Source: Leptolyngbyaceae cyanobacterium
GTDB lineage: Bacteria > Cyanobacteriota > Cyanobacteriia > Phormidesmidales > Phormidesmidaceae
NCBI GenBank assembly: GCA_965263355.1
Contig: CBDHHL010000029.1
Coordinates: 1-64,000 of the forward strand
Direction of reading: 5' to 3'
Length of the DNA: 64,000 bases
Shown here piece after piece: positions 29,831 through 41,056 of the stretch; the stretch's first letter is position 1, and each line of letters opens with the position of its first letter. Under the pieces are notes generated by a model that had not been told where the DNA came from, did not search any database, and saw only the letters and a program-made list of their open reading frames with translations. Position numbers and translations under genes: made by a program.

Positions 29831-30213
29831 TCTCCCAATAATCGTTTTCTTTTTTCAACTAATGCTTGCTCGAAGCGACTTTCAAGATCATCGCGTGACC
29901 CACCGACTAGATCCACATATCCCAGCTTCGTCTCATCAGTAGGGCAATCAATCGCGTAATCCTTGCGATCACCTCGCCAGCATGGATTACAACTTGACTT
30001 CCAAAGCTTCCAACAAAGGAATGCATACAAAATCCAAGCATCATGACGATCAATACAACCGTTAGAGCAATTCGCCCTAGAAACATCAATCCTCAAATAC
30101 TTGCAATCTTGGGCCAAGGCAGAATGCGAACGACCAAAAAGCTGTCCCGCTTCTCTTAGCGTTAGTAAGTTAGGAGGCGATTCAACTTTTTGGACACTCA
30201 ACCAAGGCAACAT
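29827..30213 (-). CDS. Possible HTH DNA-binding protein
   Basis: LLTLREAGQLFGRSHSAL; preceded by TTGACA-16-TAAGAT (30241-30268, minus). Confidence 0.45.
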   Translation of the reverse strand: MLPWLSVQKVESPPNLLTLREAGQLFGRSHSALAQDCKYLRIDVSRANCSNGCIDRHDAWILYAFLCWKLWKSSCNPCWRGDRKDYAIDCPTDETKLGYVDLVGGSRDDLESRFEQALVEKRKRLLGE

Positions 30214-30518
30214 CTTACTGCTTTTTGACTTTCTGTCAGTATCTTAGCAGCAAAAACCAGCCTGTCAACGGTTTATTTTTGGTGCGTGCGGTATGCACTC
30301 GATGTTTTTGCCCTGTTCTGTATAATTCGCTACCGTTTTAGCCGTATAACATGCTTCACAGAATAATTCTGACTTAGGATAAATTCTTTAACTGGAAAGG
30401 GTTCTAAGCTGTAAAGGGTCGTCGTAAGGGGTTAAGGACAAAAAGTGCAGATTTACAGCAAAAAGCCCATCTTTTTGGGTAAAGATGGGCTGAAAAAATA
30501 TTTAGTTGTGTCACGCGG

Positions 30519-31730
30519 TTAGACTTTTTGAGCGCTGTACTTAGCTAATGTGTGCTGATCAACGCCGACAGGCATCCAAGCCCCATCGATAAAGCAGATG
30601 CGAGAATGACCCGCTAAATCTGCAGAGACGGGCGGCATTGTAATTCCCTTGAAGTTTCTGGCAACTTGTTCATAAAGTCCTTTGTCAAACGTAAAGGTTT
30701 GCCCTTTCCATTCGATAGAATCTGTAGGCGATACGGAGACGTAACAAAGGTTTAATTTCTTCACTGCCTTAGCATCGTCTACCAGGGTCGTTGCCGTGAA
30801 CTCTGGCGCAAGCGTCCAAATAGCCCGTTGTCTTTTTGCGCCTGCACTGGTTAAAGTTGCAATTTTATCAGCGACAACATGCATCAACTGATCTAGTGTC
30901 TCTGAATAAATATTACTAACTGAACCCGTGTAAGCCAGTTCGTCAAATATTAATAAGCTGTTCGGTTCCTGAAACCATTCCAGTACTAACGCGATCGCAT
31001 CCTGAATTTTATTGACGGCAGTGTTGGCATCGACAGAGGATAAATCGCAGCGGACAGATTTTGCGTGCTGCCAGTATACGCCGTCTTCCTCTTCGCCATA
31101 GCTGCATAGATTTATGTGAAATACTTTAGTTTGCTGCAGCCGATGTAGCGCAAGCGAAGCACAAGCTGCCAGGTAACTTTTGCCTGTTCGTTGCCCTCCA
31201 AAGATAGCTCTAGAGATGAATGGCGATTTTAATAATGTTAAAAATGCGGTTGGCTTCGTCCTTTCAACCGGTTTAGCTGCGGGTTCGGCTTGAATCTTAG
31301 GCAGTGCCATAACTCCTTTGACTGATAATTCAGCTAATTTAGCCTCAGCTTTTGTCGCGGCTGCTGACTCGGCAACGGGTCGCATTGCCTCTAATTCACT
31401 TGCAGTAATTAACTGTTGCTGTTGAACTTCAGCGTCTAAAATTACAGCCTGAGTCGCCAGTCTGATTTCTTCGAACTCTTCAGCCTTACCAACCAGAAAA
31501 AATGCCCATATTGCCATACCAAACCCAGCGGCAGAGGCAATAATCTTTAGCCAACCATAGCTAGGGCTAACGTCAATAACTTGTTTATTAGTCGATTGAG
31601 CAACAGTCCATGAACTGACTTGCTGTCCATCTTGCAGGGTATACGTGGGTTCTAGCTGCCCTACACCTGCTAAAAGAGTGAGGCTAACCGACGCGGCTCC
31701 AACGATTGCAGCTTTAATCCTTCCGTCCAT
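30519..31730 (-). CDS. Membrane-anchored P-loop ATPase (FtsK/HerA/coupling-protein-like)
   Basis: Two N-terminal hydrophobic segments, coiled linker, Walker A GGQRTGKS, Walker B LLIFDE. Confidence 0.7.
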   Translation of the reverse strand: MDGRIKAAIVGAASVSLTLLAGVGQLEPTYTLQDGQQVSSWTVAQSTNKQVIDVSPSYGWLKIIASAAGFGMAIWAFFLVGKAEEFEEIRLATQAVILDAEVQQQQLITASELEAMRPVAESAAATKAEAKLAELSVKGVMALPKIQAEPAAKPVERTKPTAFLTLLKSPFISRAIFGGQRTGKSYLAACASLALHRLQQTKVFHINLCSYGEEEDGVYWQHAKSVRCDLSSVDANTAVNKIQDAIALVLEWFQEPNSLLIFDELAYTGSVSNIYSETLDQLMHVVADKIATLTSAGAKRQRAIWTLAPEFTATTLVDDAKAVKKLNLCYVSVSPTDSIEWKGQTFTFDKGLYEQVARNFKGITMPPVSADLAGHSRICFIDGAWMPVGVDQHTLAKYSAQKV

Positions 31731-32124
31731 TGCTCCGGCCCTCGCTCAAAAATACAAATGCTCCAATAATTCCGATAACTCCAATTGCTACCCAGTGCTT
31801 AAGCCCGACTAACTGCAATATCTCAGCCGCATCCCAAGCCCCTAATGCAATCCCTGACAATTTAGCCAAGCCCGCCAACGTAATAGATAATCGTTGATCA
31901 CCTGGCGTTAGTGCTGCCCATGCCAATAACGCGATCGCGCTAGCTCCCATAGCGATACCAATCACAGGGGCAATAGGCGGCATAGTCCTAGCCAGCTGTG
32001 TCAAAAGACAACTAAGTGATGCCGTCCCTACATAAAGGCACGCACGACGGGATCGGCCCCATACACTTAACTGTGTTGCCTGTAATGGCGGTTGTGCGTT
32101 GAATAATTGTTGTTGTAAATCCAT
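31714..32124 (-). CDS. Multi-pass membrane protein
   Basis: Three to four hydrophobic helices. Confidence 0.65.
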   Translation of the reverse strand: MDLQQQLFNAQPPLQATQLSVWGRSRRACLYVGTASLSCLLTQLARTMPPIAPVIGIAMGASAIALLAWAALTPGDQRLSITLAGLAKLSGIALGAWDAAEILQLVGLKHWVAIGVIGIIGAFVFLSEGRSNGRKD

Positions 32125-32576
32125 TAGCTAAATAATCTCCTCAATCCTTTTTGTTTCCCGCCCTGCAGCCGCTTGTGATGTTTTCTGCCTAGCTCAATTA
32201 AGAGTCGCTGACGCTTTGTCTGTTCAACTTCAACATCACTAGCCGCTTTAGCTTGGGATAGCTGCTTAACAGTTTCTGCCTTGGCCTCCATAGTGGTCAT
32301 ATGCCCTTGGTGGCCTAGGCTAGACTTCAGCATTTGTAATTTTTGTTTGTCAATTTCTCTGAGTTGCTCGTCAGCTGTTTTATATAGATCAGCTTGAGTT
32401 TTAACCGTCTTAGAGATAGACCTGAGCTTAGATTTAACAGCCCTAGCGTAAACGGTGGCATACTGAGCCTGTACTTTTGCTAGCTCAGCAGACTGAGCCA
32501 TTGCCGTTACATCTTCGGGCTTTACGTTAGTTAGGTCCGTAATGACGCCAAGTTGCTGAAGTCTCTGGTCTAGCAT
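32124..32576 (-). CDS. Coiled-coil protein
   Basis: Q/K/A-rich heptads; first gene of the ATPase operon. Confidence 0.6.
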   Translation of the reverse strand: MLDQRLQQLGVITDLTNVKPEDVTAMAQSAELAKVQAQYATVYARAVKSKLRSISKTVKTQADLYKTADEQLREIDKQKLQMLKSSLGHQGHMTTMEAKAETVKQLSQAKAASDVEVEQTKRQRLLIELGRKHHKRLQGGKQKGLRRLFS

Positions 32577-32626
32577 ACACTTAATTAATACTGAATTTAG
32601 CTTAGTTTAGCTCAATTGATACTCGC

Positions 32627-32842
32627 ATGGGAACGAATGAATCTGACAAGACACTGCGCATCCAGGGGATAATCGAGCCAGGAATGGCCGCTGCTATTCG
32701 TTCCTATATGGCATTGGCTGGGATTGACTCTCCGACTGCAGCAGCGATCACGTTGCTCAGGAATTATCTGTATAGCCCTGAGTATCAAAAGTTCTTGGAC
32801 AATGTCGCGTCGCACCCAAGGCAGAAAAGTTACGAAGATTAA
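32627..32842 (+). CDS. Small putative (RHH-like) regulator
   Basis: Strand-helix-helix pattern; divergent from the ATPase operon. Confidence 0.4.
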   Translation: MGTNESDKTLRIQGIIEPGMAAAIRSYMALAGIDSPTAAAITLLRNYLYSPEYQKFLDNVASHPRQKSYED

Positions 32843-33361
32843 CCCACCCGGACTGACATCACAGAGGTAGCCTTGTAGGCTGGCCTTTTTCATCCCAATA
32901 AAAAACGAGGACCCCGCAGAGTCCCCGTCACCGAAGCTTATTTGTTTACTCTATCAAGTCGAACCCTTCTCCTGCTGCACAGGCTTGATCTGCGCAAACT
33001 CTGCTATTCGTCGGATCTGCCATTCAGACATGTTGGTCCGTGCGGCTACCTCTGCAGCCTGTTCTTTGCTTAATGCCATTTTCTTGAATTCCTTAGGGTT
33101 TACAGGCCGACCACCGAAGTGGGGTGATCGGCTATGGATGTGGATTGTGATTAGCCGTTGTAGAAGGCTAGTGCTGCGTGCATCTCAGGGGTACGCAGCT
33201 GCGGAGTAGCTAGTAACTCATCCAGCGTGGTCCCCACATCAGTCAAAAAGGACTCTACGCTTGCCTTCGGGATGCGATAGCTTTGGTCGGTGGTTTGGCA
33301 GTCGGCATACAACTGACCAAAGGTAGTGTTTATAGTGAATGTGATCATTTGGTGCCCCTCC

Positions 33362-33835
33362 CTACGCTGCGATCGCTTGACGACGAACAGGCTTGCGAGT
33401 CCAGCGGATGCATAGCCTACCTGTGTACTTGTCGGGGAATAGCTCCACTACAGAGCCCTTAACCAGGTTGCGGGCAAAGCTGACAGGGGCTAGCACCTCA
33501 TACACTTCATCGTCCACTTGCACAGTGACAGTGACCTCGTTGTGGCTGCCAGACACACGCCAAGACGTGCGACGGTGGACGTAGGCAGGCTTAGCGTCGT
33601 CTGCAATGTGGCTTACAGTAGCGACACTTGGCTTAGGTGCGTTGTCCTGGCGAGCAGCTTCTTTGCAGTGCTCAAGTGAGCCTACAGCGCTCACAGACTG
33701 GCCGTAGCCGTTGTACTCCCAGCGATAAGCAGTCAGGTTGTAAGCGATGGTACCGACGTTCTGTCCGTCGCTATAAACGAGAAATTGGCCTTTAGACTCA
33801 CGGAATTCTAGTGCGCTTTGGGTTAGAGTTTGCAT
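33362..33835 (-). CDS. Hypothetical early protein
   Basis: ORF in leftward operon. Confidence 0.55.
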   Translation of the reverse strand: MQTLTQSALEFRESKGQFLVYSDGQNVGTIAYNLTAYRWEYNGYGQSVSAVGSLEHCKEAARQDNAPKPSVATVSHIADDAKPAYVHRRTSWRVSGSHNEVTVTVQVDDEVYEVLAPVSFARNLVKGSVVELFPDKYTGRLCIRWTRKPVRRQAIAA

Positions 33836-34152
33836 AGTTCGAATTGCTATTGGTTTGAGCTGCAAGCCCTGGTGTAGTTGGTAGCTCCCCAGGGCTTTGT
33901 TATGGAATTTAGTGCTGCTGCTGATTGAATGCGTAGGACTGAATCAGCTGCATTCGGTCGGTTAGCAAGTCTTGGTACTGCTCAGGGGTATTGCCATCTA
34001 GGGTCACCTGCAAGCGAGCGTTGGACAGCAGGTGTAGTCGCTTGGTGGTTACTGTGCGGCCACGCTGGTAGTCAGCGGCGGTGTTTTCCAAGGATTTTTG
34101 TAACTGAGAAAGGTTGATCATGTGGCTCCGGTGGTGTTTGCTTGCTTGACTT

Positions 34153-34214
34153 AATAGTATCAAGCCTACAGTCGACTGTCAACAGTTGTGCGTAGCTTTT
34201 ATTTAGGCTATAGT
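34153..34214. promoter_or_regulatory. Divergent sigma70-type promoters
   Basis: Minus: TTGACA-17-TACTAT; plus: TTGTGC-17-TATAGT. Confidence 0.6.
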
Positions 34215-34537
34215 AGGTTGTAACGGGTTTACCGTTGGCAGTAAACACACGAAAATACAGGCAATGACGACAACATTGGTTATTGAAATGCCTAAGCGTG
34301 TGATCGATATTTCTGAGTACTGGCCAAAAGATGAAAACGGGGCTGAGTACACAGTCAATAAAGTTTGGACAGACAGTGATCTAAACCCTGAAAAGATCGG
34401 TCGCTATACGCTTCAGAAGGCAAAGGCAGGTGAGTTAGGTGGTGGAGAAATCGGCACTCTCTATGATCTCGTGGCAGCTTGCTCTAGATGGAGTAACAGA
34501 GTTTTGGAGTTGAAAGATCTTATAAAAGAGGTCCCTA

Positions 34538-35368
34538 ATGAATGAAAACACTTTGACCGTACAGGTTCGTCAAGCTATCGAATCAGAAAGCCTCGTGGAA
34601 TTTATTAGAGAAAACCTGGAGGGCGAGAATTTAAGCATTAAAGGCGTTGCTGCCCTATGTGGTGTCGCTGACACTTCTATTATTAGGGGCGCTGCCTTTA
34701 ATGCTGTTGCATTGGCTAAAAAGCTTGAGGCTAAAGGGTTTGAAGCCGCTGCTTTAGTCGAAGAGGGATTCGACCCTGTTGCTACGTGGCTAACGATAGA
34801 TTACTTTGCCAATGAATCGAAGGCTAAAGCTGTCTTTGCTAAAGCAATCGCTAATACGTTTGGCGCATTTGGGGTAAAGACAGCTTTCAATCAAATTTCA
34901 GGCGAGAAGTTTGATAAACGCATCCAGCCAGAAGAGCCTAAGCTGATTGCTGGTTTTGTTGATGCAGGGATGGCGCTAGGTATGATGTTCGGCCCTGCAT
35001 ATGGGGAGAGTTTTACGTTGATAAACATCAAAAAACATTGCCCCAGTGTGGCCCTCCCCGAAGTTCCCGCCAAAGACCGCTCCTCTCTGAAATCTGCTGA
35101 AGCGCTGATGACGCCCACTGAAATAGCTGAGGTGCTTGGATTGGCCTATAAAAGCAGTGGCAAACCTAATCCTAGGGCTGTCAACAGCATGCTCGATACA
35201 TTGGGCTATCAGGAAAAGATTGAAGGCAAATGGTCTGCCACAGAGAAGGGTGAACCCTTTAGCGAGCGCAAGCCAGTGTCAACTAACAGCAAGTCTGACA
35301 AAGACCAACTGTTTTGGTATGCCAGCATTATTGAGGAACTACGTGGTGGTATGGAGGTAGCGGCGTGA
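34538..35368 (+). CDS. Antirepressor-like DNA-binding protein
   Basis: N-terminal HTH (LSIKGVAALCGV); C-terminal TPTEIA..VNSMLDTLGYQ..WSATEKG, KilA-C-like. Confidence 0.6.
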   Translation: MNENTLTVQVRQAIESESLVEFIRENLEGENLSIKGVAALCGVADTSIIRGAAFNAVALAKKLEAKGFEAAALVEEGFDPVATWLTIDYFANESKAKAVFAKAIANTFGAFGVKTAFNQISGEKFDKRIQPEEPKLIAGFVDAGMALGMMFGPAYGESFTLINIKKHCPSVALPEVPAKDRSSLKSAEALMTPTEIAEVLGLAYKSSGKPNPRAVNSMLDTLGYQEKIEGKWSATEKGEPFSERKPVSTNSKSDKDQLFWYASIIEELRGGMEVAA

Positions 35369-36366
35369 GTGGTGACAACGAAAAGCCATGGATACAAATA
35401 CCTGATTCCATATTTCAAGACGCTAAAAGTTTTGAACGTTCCGAGCCCCCATATGCTGGGGGCTCGGAAAACTTAGTGTCAGCAGGGCGATTTAAAAGAA
35501 TAAATTTCAATAGCTTTCAGTTCCCTGAAATTTTTGAAAGACGCTACAAAATGCCCAAAGGATTCCCTGATTTTTCAAAGCTTTTGGGATGGAAGCATAC
35601 TAAGCTCCTTTACATTGCAGGAGAGCATTTGGAAAGAGCTAGAGCCGCAGGGTATGACCGCGCAGATGATCGCGGCTGTTTTGAGGTTTATGAAAGGGAT
35701 GACGTGTGGGACAGCAAGCTACTTGAGGATTGGCAGGCTGATATCGCAAGAGCCCTTTTTTATTGCCTTCACTGCAATCCGCCAGTTTTTTGCCTTGATC
35801 TACATCTGCTTAACAAATTCCAAAAAACAAATCCAACTTTTTTGCAAGAGTCGCCTTTCCCTAGTTTTGCCTTATGCATGAAAGGTCCAGGATTAGGGAA
35901 CGACTCTATTGTTTTTGCATCATGCCACGGAGAATACATGGTCTGTGGCTGGGTGATTATTACGGGCAGCGAGCCACCCCAATCCAATACGTGGAAGATT
36001 GGCTTTGGGGAGAAGCCTTGTCAAGAAGATTTAATGAATAACATGATATGCCACACCATTGCCTATATGAATACTTACAAAGATTCAGTAGAGGCAATGG
36101 AGTCCGTCATCCAATCAAGCAAAGGCATAGGCTTTAGCAGCAAAGCTAAAAGTAAGCCCACGGAGTTCGTCAGACCTAGGATGATTAGCTCCACCCAGCG
36201 CGTCGTAGTGCGTCACAAACCCAGAAGCACTACGACAGATCGCGACTCTCCGTCAGCTCACTGGCGACGCGGGCACTGGCATAAATATTGGACAGGAAAG
36301 GGGCGAAAAGAAGAGAAGTTTAATTGGATTGAGCCAATATTAGTAGGAGCTGGCGACGATGAATAG
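35365..36366 (+). CDS. Hypothetical phage protein with C-terminal HWRRGHW motif
   Basis: SPSAHWRRGHWHKYWTGKGR..WIEP. Confidence 0.65.
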   Translation: MSGDNEKPWIQIPDSIFQDAKSFERSEPPYAGGSENLVSAGRFKRINFNSFQFPEIFERRYKMPKGFPDFSKLLGWKHTKLLYIAGEHLERARAAGYDRADDRGCFEVYERDDVWDSKLLEDWQADIARALFYCLHCNPPVFCLDLHLLNKFQKTNPTFLQESPFPSFALCMKGPGLGNDSIVFASCHGEYMVCGWVIITGSEPPQSNTWKIGFGEKPCQEDLMNNMICHTIAYMNTYKDSVEAMESVIQSSKGIGFSSKAKSKPTEFVRPRMISSTQRVVVRHKPRSTTTDRDSPSAHWRRGHWHKYWTGKGRKEEKFNWIEPILVGAGDDE

Positions 36367-36999
36367 CGGTGATATCGAGTCTTTGAAGGTTAATTTTGAA
36401 GCGCTAAAGCAGTCTTTGTCCAAAAAGTTTGAAGACGACTTTGATGAGGACTTGTGGTTACAAAGGCTGACTGAAACCATTGATTGCATTTTAGCAAGAG
36501 TATAAACCATGCCCCACATACTGCACGAATTAAGCATTGAATCGACTCAGTTCTCAACCGAGCTAGAGATCGTGTTGCGTCAAAGCAACAGCTGCCTAAC
36601 AATCAGCGCCAGCTCAACCCAAAGGGGACTTGCCTGGGCGTTTGCGTCTTGTTTAAGCGAGCTGATTGGGACTGAGGTAGAGGTCCATGTCACTGAAACC
36701 CAGGTTTCAATTGGCGAATGTCTGCTGCCTGGGGATGTGCTTAGTGAGTTGACGACGTTTGAAGAGGCTAAGACAAATGACACATTGTTTGAAAAAATCC
36801 GGCGTGTTTCAAAAACACTTATCCCAGGAGAAAGCGAGTGCGAAGAGGTTATTGTGTCGATGATTGATAGAAATGATTAGAAAAATATTGTGCGCCATTG
36901 GCTGGCATAAATGGACTTGGCTGCTGTCTGAAGTCGGTTATATAGATCTGGATGGGCCACCTCCAGACTGCGCAAAGTGTAAATATTGTGGCGTGAGGT

Positions 37000-37497
37000 A
37001 TGGGAAAGATGAGCCTAGCTGAAGCTATAAGGGAACGAATCGACTACGCGCAAGGCAAAATCACTTCATGGTCATTTACCAAGGAATATATTAATCGAAG
37101 TGAAGTTCCTCATGAAATCCTTGTCAAGCTAAACAGCGGCAAGACTCATGCCAAAAGTACAGAAAGTCATATCTCTTGGTATGAGCAGGATAACGAAGGA
37201 AAGATTTTTAAGTGGATCGAGGTTAGGGGCGTTATTTGCCCAAATCTAGAAAAGTGGTCCGGTAAAGTGCCAAAAATGTCTGACAGACGGCAAGGCGTCC
37301 CAGTGATTCAAGGCTATTGGATCAGGCAAACTGAATGTCGCAAGTGTGAGTTTTACAAAACACGAAAACAATCAAGCCTAAAATTTCCGACCTGTGATTG
37401 GGCCAAAAAAGATAGATGCGGCGATGAAAGCCCTAGTGTAGTTGCCCGAAAAAATCTTAAAAAAGATGTATTGGAAGTAATGAAATTCATCTCATGA
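37000..37497 (+). CDS. Hypothetical protein
   Basis: ORF in rightward operon; Cys motifs. Confidence 0.5.
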   Translation: MGKMSLAEAIRERIDYAQGKITSWSFTKEYINRSEVPHEILVKLNSGKTHAKSTESHISWYEQDNEGKIFKWIEVRGVICPNLEKWSGKVPKMSDRRQGVPVIQGYWIRQTECRKCEFYKTRKQSSLKFPTCDWAKKDRCGDESPSVVARKNLKKDVLEVMKFIS

Positions 37498-37914
37498 ATG
37501 AAGACGACCTGAAGCAACTTATTTACCATCTCTGCGATGTAACTATGCGGCAGTATAGTTGCCGACTTGAAGCGCTGGCCAAAGATGACGATGCAGATTG
37601 CAGAAAGCATCTATCTGAGCAGTTCCCCATAATTCAGGGAACGAAGCTGCAGCAAACGCTTAGAAAGCTTGGCAACCGTGCGTCAAACAAAGAAGCTGCG
37701 AATCGCGCGATCGCGCGACTGACTGAGGAAGCCTCCATGCAGGAGTTGGCCGAATGACCAAGCTATCTGACGCTGAATACGAACAATGGGGGCAGCACAT
37801 CTGCCCTTGCCTTAATCCATACTGTGAGCCTAAGCAGCGGGCATTGTGCATCAGTCGAGCCTATCCGCAGCATAAGGCCAGTGTGCGGGCGTGGTTGAAA
37901 GAAAAAATAAGAAA

Positions 37915-38319
37915 ATGACCAAAACCAAAGCATTTAGAAAAATGGCTCGCGAGCACTTAAAAAGCGAGTCGGCAAAATACCCCAAAAACGGGCTGGTTGA
38001 AATCCCTAAAGAAAAGTGGCCAACAACCAAGGGCAAGCCACCCTTTAGAGTGCTAAGAGGTCGCAAGTTCTTTGTTCAGCTTTACCTGGAGCCCAATGGC
38101 GTTGTTAGAATTAGCGTTACCAAGGCTGAGCTAGGCATGGGCCGCACGTTTGCTGACGGGATTTCTTGGGATGAATTGCAGGAGATTAAGCGTTGGTGTG
38201 GTTATGGGGATTTGATGGCCGTAGAAATATATCCAGCTGACTGCAACATCGTGAACGACGCGAATATGCGCCATCTATGGGTATTGAATGAGCCTATACC
38301 TGTTGGATGGGTGTTGTAG
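37915..38319 (+). CDS. Conserved-looking phage hypothetical protein
   Basis: ISWDELQEIKR..AVEIYP..NMRHLW motif. Confidence 0.65.
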   Translation: MTKTKAFRKMAREHLKSESAKYPKNGLVEIPKEKWPTTKGKPPFRVLRGRKFFVQLYLEPNGVVRISVTKAELGMGRTFADGISWDELQEIKRWCGYGDLMAVEIYPADCNIVNDANMRHLWVLNEPIPVGWVL

Positions 38320-38677
38320 CACGTAATTCGCTACCATAGACCTGTAGCACTTGGAGCAACATCATGATCGTAATCGGCGGCATTGCAGGCGACACTGGCC
38401 TTATTGGTGGGGATACTGGTTATTTGGGTGGGAGCACAGCAGGCTAATCAAATGACCATCAAATAGCCAAGACCTTACACATGGCCAGATTCGGCATCTC
38501 TCCGTAATTCATTACGGTACCACCCAAAACAAAAACTCAACCCCAATAAGCCCGCTGCCAGCCCTAGGCGTCTGATATCGCGAAAGCAGCGGGCATGGCC
38601 ATTGTAGCGGAGATTCCTCAGACATAGAAAGGGAGGTCGTGAGAAGATTAACCTGTAAACCACTCCCTAAACAAGCA

Positions 38678-39118
38678 ATGAATGACATTGAATCAAGGCT
38701 AGCTTCTCCTGAGATATTGGAGGAGTATTATGACTCTAAAACAGACGATCAGCTCTCGGCACTTAATCTGCTTTGGTTGGCAGAAGTTACATGTGAATTG
38801 CCTAAAATCTTGTACAAAGACGACGATCCAATCCTGATGCAGACTCTAAGCATGAATGACACGTTTGGGTGGGCACTGGCGATGAGTGAATACGTTCCTG
38901 ACGAGGATTTGCATGAGGTCGCCAGACTTTATAAGCAGTACGGGCAAGGTGGGCTTATCTATTGGGTTAGTGAACGCAACAATCAAATGCGTAGCGAATT
39001 TCCTGCAATAAACCGACAGATAGAGTTCGTCAGGCAGGAAGAGATTTTGCGGTCTGAAGCCCCAGATTTATCCCAATGGGCTTATAGAAAATTTTCGTAC
39101 TCGATTGGTGAGCAATGA
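38678..39118 (+). CDS. Hypothetical protein
   Basis: ORF ending before a hairpin at 39161-39184. Confidence 0.55.
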   Translation: MNDIESRLASPEILEEYYDSKTDDQLSALNLLWLAEVTCELPKILYKDDDPILMQTLSMNDTFGWALAMSEYVPDEDLHEVARLYKQYGQGGLIYWVSERNNQMRSEFPAINRQIEFVRQEEILRSEAPDLSQWAYRKFSYSIGEQ

Positions 39119-39209
39119 GCGCTTAGCCTGACGACGAACTATATCAATAGTCCAACAAAAAACGCAGCCTCGAAAGACTGCGTTATCTATCCATCAGGTT
39201 GGCTTTATT

Positions 39210-39392
39210 CTAGCTTGGGGTTCCTGATGCGATGGCTATTACCAGGGCCAAAACGGTCCTCCCAGCTTTAGCCTTAATTAAGCTGTCGGGAGTTTTGCCC
39301 TCTAGTTCTCGGTGTGGGGTTTTGAGCCACTTTTCGGCCCCATCGTCGCTGTATCCGTAGCTAATCAGAAGGCTTTTTATTTTTTGTCTCAT
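39210..39392 (-). CDS. Stand-alone Xre/MbcA/ParS antitoxin C-terminal-like protein
   Basis: AEKWLKTPHRELEGKTPDSLI..GRTVLALV..IASG. Confidence 0.65.
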   Translation of the reverse strand: MRQKIKSLLISYGYSDDGAEKWLKTPHRELEGKTPDSLIKAKAGRTVLALVIAIASGTPS

Positions 39393-41056
39393 ACTGTCTC
39401 CAAACTCGCAAACTGAAAATTAAGCATCGAGCCGTTGGCGAATCTCACTCTGGCTGTTGTCAGGCCAACGCTAATAACAGTACCTGTCTGACCTGCGTAC
39501 CGGGCTTGACACCGAGTTAACCTTGTAGCGTCAGAGTCTATAGTCACTGTGTCGCCTGGGCTCATCGACTTGCCCCTCCTAGCGCACATTCTCCGCAGGG
39601 TTCGGGCGCTTGGTCGTCGTCTGTAGGCCAGAATTCAGCCCTAGGGCAAGACCGCGCACTGCAGAGCACGTCATCACTTGGCAATCCTTGCCGGGTTTCA
39701 GCGCCCGCTGGGGTTGCAGCAGTTAGTAGTAGCATGGTCACGCATAATAGTCGTATCATCGATTTATCCTTCCTTTGTGGTGGGTGCCCGGTGGAGAGTT
39801 GGTAGCTGGCCACCGGGATGAACTTAAACTTTTTCTATCGTCGAGTTTGGATAATCGGCTTTAGCTTCTCGAAAAGCTTGGCCGATATTTTCGTGTGAAT
39901 ATTTCACAACCAATCCGTCAATCAGAAAGCTGTACGTTGTTGTCTGTTGTCTTGCTTGGGTCATAAGTCTTTCCAAAAAGTTCAAGCAGTAGCGACTCCG
40001 AAGAAATCACTTCTGGCTTTGCCTCCGCATCGACAGCAGCACGTTTTAACGCCGACTCGATGCTCCTTCCTTCTAACAAAGAGCTGAGTAGTTCCATTAA
40101 ATAAACTTCCCCGTCCCCTCTTTGGACCCGCGAGTCCGAGTTGTCCTCCAACGGCCCTCATATTTGTTAGGGTCGCCGAATGGGAGGGGCTTCGGAGTAG
40201 GCAGGGGCTTGGTGATCGATTGCTGAAGAATGCCGATCTGCCTTAAAGCAACTTCGTCCCACCAGCGGCCATAGAGCAAGGTTTCGCCAGTGGTTCGGTC
40301 AAAGTTCAGGTTGATAATGTCACCTGAGCTATTTCGATAGGGTCGTTGGATGACCCTGGGTGTGTTTTGTTGTTGTTCCATAGTTCAGAATAGTTGTGGA
40401 TATCAGAATAGTTGTGGATGATCTGCGATCGCTTGCCGGACCACTCTGCCGCGTTCTTCTAGTGTGTTTGCTGGCAGTCGAACCAGCGATGCGTATATGT
40501 TTATCGATTGGTCCAGTGTCTGTTGGTCCCCAGTTGGGTCTATGTTCTGGGCTATAGCCTGGGCCACCTGCTTCTTCCACTGCTCAGGGCTAAGAGTTTT
40601 TGCCATGCTTCCCCCGGTGGATTTTAGGCAGCACCACGCTGCATACCTGAGCCCTGAGCCCAAGCAACTCGCCCGATTGATATGCAGTTTCAGGCTGCTC
40701 TACCACCCCATTGGTTGGGGGTGCAATTGGTTTGTTTTGCATATTGTTCTCCGTTGTCAATTCTCCCTTTTCAGGGAATGCCCCATGTCCGCACTGCCCG
40801 GACGGCCACGCTGTCTGTGGTGGCTGCACTGTGCTGGGGTGGTCGTTAGATGTTGTCGTCTATCTCTATCTGGCTTTCAACCCGTGGCCAGAACACCACG
40901 TACAATGCCCCAATAATTAACGGTGTGGCGAGGACCACAGTCGCTACCAGGATTACTGCTTCAAACATTCGAGAACTCCTTCAAAATCACCCAACCGCTG
41001 AGGGCAACGGCGATCATTAACAACAGCTGGGCTATAGATAGTGCGGTGTGCATAAC

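Noticed and set aside
40385..40420. 18-bp tandem duplication with a DnaA-box-like core
   Set aside because: Only two copies, imperfect box, spans a stop codon; likely a local duplication
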